The notes below the pieces were generated by a model. The model was not told the origin of the DNA. It made no database searches and saw only the letters and a list, made by a program, of their open reading frames with translations. Made by a program: the position numbers and the translations under genes. From assembly GCF_009914755.1 (NCBI RefSeq), contig NC_060927.1: a DNA stretch of 64,000 nt; one strand, given 5' to 3'. The DNA comes from the human T2T-CHM13v2.0 reference genome, Homo sapiens. How positions within the stretch are numbered: the first letter of the stretch is position 1; each line of letters opens with the position of its first letter. Below, piece after piece: positions 52,751 through 64,000 of the stretch.

Positions 52751-53084
52751 TGTATGTAAGCTTCTTATACAGACAGGGTGCAGGTAATGTTGTTTTCAGT
52801 TCTGAGACTGGTTTTTGTTTTTTAATTGTCAAGACCAGTCTGCATCATATGTTCCTTTTTCCTAAAATTAGAGCCTCTTGAAACCTGCTAGAAAACTCAG
52901 GGAAGAGAAATAAAGCCTAAAATAATGCTAAACCCTAAAAATAAACCCTACAATAAAAATAAACCAAAAAATAAAGCCCCAAACTGGAACTCCAGTCAGC
53001 AATTCTGTTGTTTCTCAGTTATACGCAATGGCTCAGGCCTTTGTCAGACCTCAGATTTGTGTAGGAAACATCTTTTACTTACCT

Positions 53085-53528
53085 CCTTGGTATCCATTTT
53101 GAAGTCTTCTGGATACAGCTCTACTCTTCTTTAAGGATTCAGCCCTTCCTCACCTCCAGCCTGAGTGTTTTGGGGTGAAACACACGACCCAAACAGAAGC
53201 CAATCATATATGCATCCCCTGCATGCGAATGGGCATGGGTCTTAATTTACCCCACTTTGCTGGTACAGTAATGCTGGGGGGAAAAAAGATACCTCTTTTC
53301 TACTTGATTGTTATCTGACAGCCGTATTGCTACTTTATGGAGAAAGTCTGCCTAGGAATGGAGTTAAAATAGGAAAGGGAACAGAGAAATGAAGAAAAAT
53401 ATTTTTGTGACATTCATGAGCCTTGGATCAAATCATATTTGCTAGATAAGTCAATAAATTCTATTTTTGCCTAAATTTGATTTTTCTGATTTTCTGTTGC
53501 TTATGACCAAAAGCATCCTAACGGAAAC
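53085..53528 (+). mobile_element. MLT1 (J/K-like) LTR
   Basis: GAGCCTTGGATCAA..AGTCAATAAATTC..TTTCTGTTGCTTATGACCAAAAGCATCCTAAC. Confidence 0.55.
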
Positions 53529-53849
53529 TGTAATTATCCCCCTCTAATCTAGTCCCAGTAACAAAGTCACTGTCTTGATCCCTGTCCCATGTCTCTGACC
53601 TCATCACTCAGAGAGTGTCCTTGTCCCTCCTTCTGTTGCTGAGAGGCCTTACCTTGTGACCGACCTCACCTCATCCCTACCCTGGAGACTGGACATTCAC
53701 TAGTACCTGCTCCAGACTAAAGATTGAAAAAGACCACCTTTTCCCCTTTTTGTTTTACATTTATTACATGAGAAACATATTAATAATAGAACATTTATTT
53801 AATACATGACAGGCTGGAGAAAAATATTTATTATTTATAATCTTTCTTG

Positions 53850-54134
53850 ATATGAAAAGTATAGATCCAAGTAGCTGGAGGATCTTTTGTTTACTGAGGG
53901 TAGACAAAATCCTTCATCCTCACTTTAATGGCCTTAGACCTATTTAAAGTTGATATTAATGAGTGGGAAAGGATTGGCAATCAGGGAATTGCTCAAAGAA
54001 GAGGAGAGTTTAAGAGGCCCCAGAGAATAATTGCTCCAGGGAGGCAGGAGGTGATGGCCAGGAGGCTGCGTGTGAGAAGGTGCAAAGCTGTGACGTAGAA
54101 ACAGGTATGGAAAAAGCATCCTCTCACGGGAGGA
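53850..54134 (+). repeat. 285-bp local direct duplication, copy 1
   Basis: Aligns without gaps to 55626-55910, 27 mismatches by hand count. Confidence 0.95.
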
Positions 54135-54786
54135 TTTGAGATGAGGGCCTGTGCACTGTGAAACATCAGTCTTCTTCTCTGCCTTCTCTGTGAATTCTAC
54201 AATATTCTACATTGCTCATTATTCCTTAAGAATGAAGTCAGTTTGGAGGGAGCTTAAAGAAAGAGAACAGGGAAACAGGAACGAGCAGCAAGCATACATT
54301 TACATATATCAGGCATTTTGGCTTAAAAGGACTTGGGATGCAGACGCTGGTGGGTAGAGGAATGGATAATCCCCTTTACAGTAATTTTGCTTATATCGCA
54401 GCTGAAATGAAGCCACAATGTTGACAGCAAGTGGAGTCTGGCAACCCCAAGTTTCCAAAGTGCACATCTGCGCTGGGGCCTGGAGATTTCTGGAAGGGAA
54501 TCAGTCTGTGTCCTTTTTGCAGGTCTGTGTCCTTGTACGTATTTGCATCTACTAATTTACATATTAAACTTATAAAATTGTCATTAAATCTACTCCTACC
54601 ATATAATATTCAATAGCTTCATAATATCCATTATAGAGCCGCACAAAAATTTATTTAAGCAATATATATTGCTTGGCATTATCACTGTTTATTTGACTTA
54701 TTGAAGTAAACCACACCGAGATGTTGTAGATAGGTTCTTGTACATTTTCCTGATGAAAAATTTCTAAGAGTAAAATCTATGGGTCA

Positions 54787-55355
54787 CAGCAATCACGTTA
54801 CTGGGTATATATTCAGAAGACTGTAAATCATTTTACCATAAAGAAACATGCATATGAATGTTCATTGCAGTGCTATTCACAATGGCAAAGACATGGAATC
54901 AGCCTAAATGCCCATCAATGAGACTGGATAAAGAAAATGTGGTACATATATGCCATGAAATATTATGCAGCCATAAAAATCAACCAGATCATGGCTTTTG
55001 CAGGAACATGGATGGAGCTGGAGACTATTATCCTTAGCAAACTAATGCAGGAATAGAAAACCAAATGCCACATGCTCTCACGTATAAGTGGGAGCCAAAG
55101 GATGAGAACTCATGGACACAAAGAGGGAAACAGCAGACGCGGGGCCTACTGGAGGGTGGAGGGTGGAGGGAGGGATAGGATCAGGAAAAATAATGACTTG
55201 GTACTAGGCTTAGTATCTGGGTGATGAAATAATCTGTGCAACAAACAGATTATTTTTGTTTACAAAAATAATGTCACAAGTTTACCTATGTGACAAACCT
55301 GCGCATGTATCCTCAAACCTAAAATAAAAGTTTAAAAAAAAAAAAAACCCAACAA
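54787..55355 (+). mobile_element. L1PA13-16-type 3' end
   Basis: ATGTTCATTGCAGTGCTATTCACAAT..GGATCAGGAAAAATAA..poly-A. TSD CTATGGGTCA at 54777-54786 and 55356-55365. Confidence 0.92.
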
Positions 55356-55434
55356 CTATGGGTCAGTAAAAATGAGTCTTATGTGTTAAGGCAATCTATT
55401 CTGTGTGTCTATTTTCACTTTGTAGTTATACGAG

Positions 55435-55469
<35 letters not shown>

Positions 55470-55625
55470 TACATACACACATATATATATATACCACATT
55501 AAATATGCATATATTATGTGTTATATGTATAATATAATACATATATTACAGGGGAAATTATGTGTGTGTATATGTGTGTGTGTATATATATACGTGTGTG
55601 TGTGTATATATATATATATATGTAT
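55435..55625. repeat. Compound (TA)n/(CA)n/(TG)n microsatellite
   Basis: Directly visible. Confidence 0.9.
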
Positions 55626-55910
55626 ATATGAAAAGCATAGGTCCAGGTAACTGGAGGATCTTTTGTCTACGGAGGGTAGACAAAATCCTTCATCCTCACT
55701 ATAATGTTCTTAGACCTATTTAAAGTTGCTATTAATAAGTGGGAAAGAATTGGCAAACAGGGAATTGCTCTAAGAAGAGGAGAGATTAATAGACCCCAGA
55801 GAATAATTGCTCCAGGGAGGCAGGAGATGGCGGCCAGGAGGCTGCGTGGGAGAAGGTGCAAAGCTGTGATGTAGAAACGGGTATGGACAAAGCATTCTCT
55901 CACAGAAGGA
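55626..55910 (+). repeat. 285-bp local direct duplication, copy 2, between inverted repeats at 55546-55585 and 55942-55981
   Basis: Aligns to copy 1. The flanking 40-bp arms are 38/40 reverse-complementary. Confidence 0.95.
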
Positions 55911-56289
55911 GCTATATGTATGTGTGCATATAATACATATAATACACACACACATATACACACATATAATTTCCCCTATAAGCAAGGACTTGACAGTTGT
56001 TTGTAAAGTTAAAGGCCATAATTGAGTCAAAGGCTGCTTACACTGTACATTTCCTCTGAGGACAACCTCACATCCAGGGTACAAGGGCCCCCATTTTCCC
56101 ACAGAAGGTCCCCCTGCAGATTAGAAAGAGTGCTCAGACTAAAGTAACTTTCTTCACCAGGAGCCTCAAAGATGAGAAAATGATATTGGAACCCCAGGAT
56201 CCTGGTACAAATTCCATAAAACACCTTTATTCTCTCGCTTCTTCAAACTCCGCTATATAAAGATCCATTGACTCCACTCTGCATACAGA

Positions 56290-57260
56290 AAAAGAACTCA
56301 AATTTGAATCACATCCAAAGTCTTCAAAGTAATAAAGGATAAGAATGGAAAATCACCTTTTCGTAAGCCCCAGTATAATAATTGATGCAGTTGAGGATAG
56401 TCAAAGAAAGCTGAAACAGTGAAGTAAAAAGCTGTGGGGAAGAGGATATTCTCATGGTGGCAAAATATCACCACACAAATTACAAATTTAAATGGGAAAA
56501 TAAATGATTGCAAGGGAGAGATTTGATGGTCAGCACGTTCACCAATGATCAAACTTTACATCACTGGCAGTGGGGTAGGCTGGCATCAGTGGCTGTCTAT
56601 GTACTGCAGTGCAAAATTCACAAGATTCTCTGTGATGTCTTCTTGTCCCAAAGGATTTCATCTGGATGTAATCTAGCCCTTGAGACACACTTCCAGTTTA
56701 GAGAAAATATGAGAGACAGCAAAACGAGTTAAATGATACTGTGAAGAGGTAATCAGAAAAGTCATGAATATAGGATGTTTTATAGGACAACCATCTGTAC
56801 TATTAAAAAATTCAATCTCATTTAAAAAAATTGTGGGAGAATTCCTTTAGCGTCTAGACTAAAAGAAAGTAAAGAGACGTAACATAACAACTAAATTCAA
56901 TGTATGAGGCTTGCCTCAGATCTGGTTGGGAAGAGAAAGAAAAGAAAAGAGAAACAGCTAAAAAGACATTATCAGGGTAATTAGGAACACTTAAGTATTA
57001 ATACTGGGCAATATTATGAAATTATTATTTATTTTCTTGGAGGTGACAACAGTATCATAAAGTGAATTTTTTTTATTCTTAGAAGATGAATGTCGATGTA
57101 TTTATATGCGAGGTGTCAATGCCAAAAACTTATTCTGAAATGGTACAGAAAAAAGTATACATACAAAGAGAGAGAGAGAAGATATATGAAAAAAGGTTAA
57201 AATTGTTGAATCTCATTGAAGGGTATATAGGTGACTTTATAATATTATGTTAACTTTTTT
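56290..57260 (+). mobile_element. L1MC/ME-type 3' region
   Basis: CCAATGATCAAACTTTACATCAC..AACAACTAAATTCAATGTATG..AATTGTTGAATCT..GAAGGGTATATAGGTG. Confidence 0.65.
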
Positions 57261-57424
57261 ATGGAAGAAATGTCTTAAGCGTACCATTTCCACAGTATAT
57301 CTAATTTCTGAATACAATGTATGTGTGTGTCTGTGTGTACACCTGTGCTTCAGAAAGCCCTAAGTACTGGCAATTCTTTGTACTTCCTTGCATAGGCCAT
57401 GCAGAATGTCCTCCCCCATTTCAT

Positions 57425-58050
57425 CGGTTTTATTTTCTTCTTTTTCTAACTTCTTAAGAAATAGTCTTTGTGCATCAACTTTAAGATAAAACTTTCTTCT
57501 TTGGCGATATAAATGTTAAGGCCAAAATTTCCCTTCTAAGTTCTGTTTTAGTTTCATCTAAAAAGTTTTGACACATTTTTGTTCAGTCAATATTACATAC
57601 TTTCTAAGTTTGTTTTGATATTGTATTTGATCCATGAATGATGTGTGTTCTTTTATTTTTAAATGTATTTTAAGCATGGATTTTTAATTATCTTGGGTAG
57701 TTAATTTCTGATGTGCTACGGTCAAGGGACACGGCCTGATTTTTATATTTGTTGAAACCTGGTTTGTGGAGGAGCAGATGGTCAACTCTTGTAAAAATTT
57801 TATATGTGCTTGAAACAGTAGGTTTTCTAAAATTTGGAGATACAGAGCTCTATCTATGCATCTCCATTAGCTCAAGTTTGATAATTGTGTTATTCATATT
57901 CTCGATATTTTCACTAAGCTTTATCTACTTGATTTATGAAATCTGAGGGAGGAGTGTGAAAATCTTTCAGCACGACTGTGGTTTTGACTCTTTCTTCTTA
58001 TAATTTGGATTATTTTTCCTCATGTATTTTGAGGACATATTTTAGGTGCA
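57425..58050 (-). mobile_element. L1M ORF2 fragment, antisense
   Basis: AAATTTCCCTTCTAAG..CTGAGGGAGGAGTGTGAAAATCT..ATGTATTTTGAGG. Confidence 0.6.
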
Positions 58051-58064
58051 TGAGAGGTACAGGG

Positions 58065-58405
58065 TCAAGATCATCAAAAAAAGAAAGGCTGAGAAAGTCT
58101 CAAGAAGCCACAGGGTAGAAGAACCTAAGGAGATATGATGACTAAATGTGATGTGATGTTTTGGATGAGATCCTGGGAGAGAAAAAGGACATTAGGTAAA
58201 TTCCAAGGAAATTTGAGTAAAATATGGACTTCAGTTAATAATAACTTGTTAATGTTGTTTCATTAGTGGTGGTAAATGCATAATACTACTGTAAGATATT
58301 AACAATAGGACAAACTGAGTATAGGGCATACAAGAATCCTCTATTCTATCTTAGCAACTTTTCTGTAAATGAAAAACTATTCTACAATAAAAAGTTTATT
58401 TAAAA
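58065..58405 (+). mobile_element. L1MC 3' terminus
   Basis: CCTAAGGAGATATGATGACTAAATGTGATGTG..GAAAAAGGACATTAGGTAA..GCAACTTTTCTGTAAAT. Confidence 0.8.
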
Positions 58406-58418
58406 ACAGAAGTTTTTA

Positions 58419-58750
<332 letters not shown>

Positions 58751-60923
58751 TAGAAGTTGTACAGAGTTAGTTATACCTCCCAGAGGCAAATGAAAAATTC
58801 GAATCCAGGACTCCCACTATTTTCACAGACAAAACCCTACAGAAGATGATCTTAAAACCTAAAATTATGAAAACACAAGGAAATTAACCACCTTGAAAGA
58901 GAGAGACAGAGCGAGATTATAGATACAAAAGGCAGAAAATTAAATACTCTCAAGGACTTGACATAATAGAACTATCTGCTACAGACTATAAAAATTATTA
59001 TATTTTAAAATAATTAAAAACAGAAAAATAACTAGACATAGTGGCTGCACTGTACATTGTGTTCATTCATGAAAACAATTATGGGGCTAAATAAAAAGAC
59101 AATAGAAATTATTTTCTTCTTTTTGTTTAAACTTTTATTTTAGGTTCAGGGGTACATGTACAGGTTTATTATATAGGTATTCATGTCATGGGGTTTGTTG
59201 TGCAGATTATTTCATCACTCAGATACTAAGTCTAGTACCCAATAGCTATTTTTTCTGATTCTCTCCCTCCTCCAACCCTCCACCCACCAGTATCCCCCAG
59301 TGTCTGTTGCTCCCCTCTTTGTGTCCATATGTTCTCATCATTTATCATCCACTTATAAGTGAGAACATGCATTATTTGATTTTCTGTTCCTGCATTAGTT
59401 TGCTAAAGATAATGGCCTCCAGCTCCATTCATGTTCCTGCAAATGACATGATCTTGTTCCTTTTTAAGGCTGCATAGTATTCCATGGTGTGTACGTACCA
59501 CGTTTTCTTCATCTGGTCTGCCATTGATGGTTGTTTAGGTGGATTCCATGTGTTTGCTATTATGAATAGTGCTCCAGTGAACACATGCCTGCATGTGTCA
59601 TTATATCAGAATAACTTTTATTCCTCTGGGTATATACCCAGTAATGGGATTGCTGGGTTGAATGGTAGTTCTGTTTTCAGTTCTTTGAGGAATTGCCACA
59701 CTGCTTTCCACAATGGCTGAACTAATTTACATTCCCACCAACAGTGTATAAGCAAACGCTTTTCTCTCTAATCTTGCCAACACCTGTTATTTTTTGACTT
59801 TTTGATAACAGCCATTCTTACCGGTGTGAGGTGATCTCATTGTGGTTTTGGTTTGCATTGCTCTAATGATCAGTGATTTTGAGCTTTTTTTCTTATGATT
59901 GTTGGCTGCACGTATATCTTCTTTTGAAGTGTCTGTTCATCTCCTTTGCCCACTTTTTAATGGAGTTGTTTGTTTTTTTACTTGAAAATTTAAGTTTCTA
60001 ATAGATGCTGGATATTACATCTTTGGCAGATGCATAGTTTGCAAAAGTTTTCTCCCATTTTGTAAGCTGTCTGTTTAGTCTGTTGATGGTTTCTTTTGCT
60101 GTGCAGAAGCTCTTTAGATCAATTAGACTCCATTTGTTAATTTTTTGCTTTTGTTGCTGTAGCTTTTAGCATCTTTGTCATGAAATGATGAAGTCTTACA
60201 TTTTGCTTAGGTTGTCTTCCAGGAATTTTACACTTTTTAGGTTTCATCTTTAAGTATTTAATCTATCTTTAGTTGATTTTGGTATATGGTGTAAGGAATG
60301 TGTCCAGTTTCAATCTTCTGCATATGGCTATCCAATTACTCCAGCACCATTTATTGCATAGGGACTCTTTTCCCCATTGCTTGTTTTGGTCAGCTTTGTT
60401 GAAGATCAGATGGTTGTAGTTGTGCAGCTTTATTTCCGGGCTGTCTATTCTGTTCCATTGGTCTATGTGTCTGTTTTTGCAACAGTACCATGCTGTTTGG
60501 TTATGTAGCCCTGTAGTAGTATAGTTGGAAATTGGGAACATGATGCCCACAGCTTTGTTCTTTTTGGTTGGGACTGTTTTGGCTATTCTGGCTCTTTTTT
60601 GGTTCTTTGTGAACCTTAAAGTCAATTTTTCTAGTTCTGTGAAGAATGTCATAGGTAGTTTAACAGGAATAGCATTAACTCTATAAATTGCTTTGGGCAG
60701 TATGACCATTTTAATGATATTGATGCTTCCTACCCATGAGCATCGAATGTTTCTCCATTTGTTTATGTCATCTTTCATTTCTTTGAGCAGAGTTTTGTAA
60801 TCTCATTGTAGAGATTTTTCCCTCCCTGGTTAGCTGTATTTCTAGGTATTTTATTCTTTTTGTGGTAATTGTGAATGGGATTGTGTTCCTTATTTGGCTC
60901 TCAGCCTTGTTGTTTTTGGTGTA

Positions 60924-61286
60924 TGTATTAGTCCATTTTCATGTTGCTGATAAAGACATACCTGAGACGGGGCAATTTACAAAAGATAGAGGTTTATTGG
61001 ACTTACAGTTCCACATGGCTGGGGAGGCCTCACAATCATGGTGGAAGGCAAGGAGGAGCAAGTCACATCTTATGTGAATGGTAGCAGGCAAAGAGAGCTT
61101 GTGCAGAAAACTCCCATTTCTAAAACCATCAGATCTCGTGAGACCCATTCACTATCAGGAGAACAGCACAGGAAAGACCCGCCCTCATGATTCAATCATC
61201 TCCCACTGGGTCCCTCCCACAACACGTGGGAATTATGCGAGCTACAAGATGAGATTTGGATGGGGACACAGAACCAAGCCATATCA
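60924..61286 (-). mobile_element. THE1 (A/B-like) MaLR solo LTR inserted in L1 ORF2
   Basis: TGTATTAGTCCATTTTCA..GCCATATCA, 363 bp. 5-bp TSD GTGTA / GAGTA. Confidence 0.93.
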
Positions 61287-61291
61287 GAGTA

Positions 61292-61801
61292 TAGGAATGC
61301 TAGTGATTTTTGTATATTAATTTTGTATCCTGAAATTTTGCTGAAGTTGTTTATTAGCTGAAATAACATTTGGGCTGAGACTATGGGGTTTTCTAGATAC
61401 AGAATCATGTCATCTGTAAATAGGGATAGTTTGACTTCCTCTCTTTCTATTTGGATGCTCTTTTTTTCTTTATCTTGCCTGATTGCTCTGGCCAGAACTT
61501 CCAATACTATATTGAATAGGAATGATGAAAGAGGGCATCCTTGTCTTGTGCTGGTTTTCAAAAGAAATGCTTCCAGCATTTGCCCATTTAGGATGACGTT
61601 GACCATGGGTTTATCATAAATGTCTCCTGTTATTTTGAGGTATGTTCCTTCGATGCGTACTTTATTGAGAGTTTTTAACATAAAGGGATGTTGAATTTTA
61701 CCAAAAGCCTTTTCTGCATCTATTGAGATGATCATGTGGATTTTGTCTTTAGTTCTGTTTATGTGATGAATCACATTATTGATTTGCATATGTTGAACCA
61801 A
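61292..61801 (-). pseudogene. L1 ORF2 reverse-transcriptase remnant
   Basis: [30 protein letters not shown] (the FADD motif) and SGYKIN. Truncated by the THE1 insertion. Confidence 0.92.
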
Positions 61802-64000
61802 CCTTGCATCCCAGGGATAAAGCCTACTCGATGCAATGGATTAGCTTTTTATGTTACTGGATTCTGTTTACAAGTATTTTGTTGAGGATTTTTGCATCAA
61901 TATTCATCAAGGATATTGGCCTAGTGTTTCCTTTTTTATTGTATCTCTGCCAGGTTTTGGTATCAGGAGGATGCTAGTCTCATAGAATGAGTTGGGGAAG
62001 AGTCTCTCCTTCTAAGTTTTTTGGAATAGTTTCAGTAGAAATGGTACCAGCTCTTCTTTGTTAATCTGGTAGAATTTGGCAGTGAATTAGTCTGGTCCCG
62101 GGCTTTTTTTGGTTGGTAGGCTATTTATTACTGATTCAATTTCAGGGCTTGTTATTGGTCTGTCTAGGGAATCAATTTCTTCCTGGTTCAGTCTTAGGAG
62201 GGTGCATGTGTCCAGGAATTTACCCATCTCTCCTAGGTTTCCTGGTTTGTGTGTGTACAAGTGTTCATAGTAGTCTCTGATGTTATTTGTGGTTTTTTAG
62301 GGTCAGTTGTAATATCCTTTTTGTCATTTTAATTGTGTTTATTTGGACCTTTTCTCTTTTCTTCTTTTTTAGTCTAGCTAGTTGCCTACTTACTAATTTC
62401 TTTAAAAAACCAACTCCTGGATGTGTTTATTTTTTTGAATGGTTTTTCATGTCTTAATCTCCTTCAGTTGAGCTCTGATTTTGGTTATTTCTTGTCTAAT
62501 GCTAACTCTGGTGTTGGTTTGCTCTTGCTTCTCTAGTTCTTTTAGTTGTGATGTTAGGTTGTTAATTTGAGATCTTTCTAAACTTTTTGATGTGGGTGTT
62601 TTGTGCTATAAACTTCCCTCTTAACACTGACTTAGCTGTGACCTAGAGATTCTGATATGTTGTATCTTTGTTCTCATTAGTTTCAAAGAACTTCCTGATT
62701 TTTGCCTTAATTTCATTATTTACCCAAAAGTCATTCAGGAGCAGGTTGTTTAATGTTCATGTAATTGCATGGTTTTGAGCAATTTTTTAAAGTCTTGATT
62801 TCTATTTTTATTGCATTGTGTCCGAGAGTGTGTTAGGTGTCATTTAGTTTCTTTTGCACTTGCTGAGGATTGTTTTATGTCCGGTTGTGTGGTCAATTTT
62901 AGAGTATGTTCCCTGTGCAAATGAGAAGAATGTATATTATGTTGTTTTTGGATGGAGAGTTTTGTAGACCTCTACCAGCTCCACTGAGTCCAATGTTGAG
63001 CTCACATCCTGAGTATCTTTACTAATCTTCTGCCTCAATCATCTGACTAATACTGTCAATGGAGTGTTGAAGTTTCTCACTATTAGTGTCTGGGACTGTA
63101 AGTCTCTTTGTAGATCTTTATAACTTCTCCTTCTAACAGACACATAGACAGTCATACTCAGGAGAATTTTTCTCTTGGTGCTATAAAAAGCCACACACCT
63201 TTCCCTAATAGGGAGTGATGTAAGATCTGAGGTGTATGATCTTAAATACTACCTTTAGAAGTATATATTGCAAGGCCTACAAAGTGCAAAAATTCAGATA
63301 GTTTTAATTAAAAATGTAAGAGAGCATCAGTACTGAATGATCATACGTACCTGGGGAAATAGAAATCACAGAAGCTAAAGTCTCCCAACTATAGAACTAT
63401 TGTTTTCATTGTATATTTCCTACAAGGGAGGAATTTAGTTTGCACAAAATCACTAATATTTGACTGCAGTCTGAGTAAATGATTTTGCAAACTCAAAACT
63501 CTAACATGTGAAAGGGTGAATTGTAGTTCTACTTTGCTTTATAGTGTACCTAAAATTCCAGTTCCATAATCTCTGGGTCCTACAAGTGCCTGCTCACTTA
63601 TAGAAAATGACAGCTGATATACAGACTGAAATCCCTTCTCACATGCTCTTTTGAGTTTCTTGTCTGCATCACAAGTCAAATCAGGTAAAGACAAAATGAA
63701 CAGAAGACCCTTTCTTAACAAAGGGGCAAAAAAGCAAAAAGAAGAAATCACCCTTTTAATGAACAAATTCTCCCTGGATTCCTCTGCATATTCAGTTGTA
63801 GTCTATGCAGCTATGACTCAATTAAATGATATCAACTGCCCCAAGTCAAGAATGATTTTATTTTCCCTCCTTTGTCTAAAATATAAGCTACCCACATGGG
63901 AGCCAGTTAGTCATCATCATTGTAAAAGGTCAAAGAAATATGCTGCAGTCTGATTAAATTCAAATGCTCAGGATGTATCTCCCAGCCAGAAGAGCATCTT

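Larger units (their letters stand above)
59112..63120 (-). mobile_element. About 4-kb 5'-truncated L1PA13-16-type element (3'UTR and most of ORF2), interrupted by THE1
   Basis: Antisense 3'UTR (TTTTAGGTTCAGGGGTACATG..), then ORF2 remnants 60269-60778 (..[15 protein letters not shown]..) and 61196-61801. Confidence 0.95.

Noticed and set aside
63651-63953. 100-aa ORF in unique sequence at the window end
   Set aside because: Non-ATG start, no recognisable homology or splice context, and a length expected by chance.

Overview
This is AT-rich primate (most likely human) intergenic or intronic DNA. About half is recognisable interspersed repeat: AluJ/S/Y and FLAM, L1PA/L1PB/L1M, L2, MIR, MaLR/ERVL/ERV1 LTRs, and hAT (MER1B, MER3, MER5A, MER58) and TcMar (Tigger1, Tigger3) fossils. 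I recognise no protein-coding gene, RNA gene, CRISPR array or prokaryotic system. The only ORFs with recognisable homology are dead L1 ORF2 (EN/RT) and Tigger1 transposase remnants. The most unusual items are: (1) a 285-bp local duplicate sitting between 40-bp inverted repeats inside a microsatellite; (2) a 57-bp TSD-flanked two-hairpin insert that looks like a retroposed small structured RNA; (3) a tail-less AluY joined to a distant Tigger1 segment; (4) a twin-primed L1 inversion; (5) several template-switch scars; (6) three unannotated exon-like segments that may belong to lncRNAs. Repeat subfamily names come from recalled consensus motifs and were not checked by search. Boundaries of old L1M/L2/MIR fragments are approximate.
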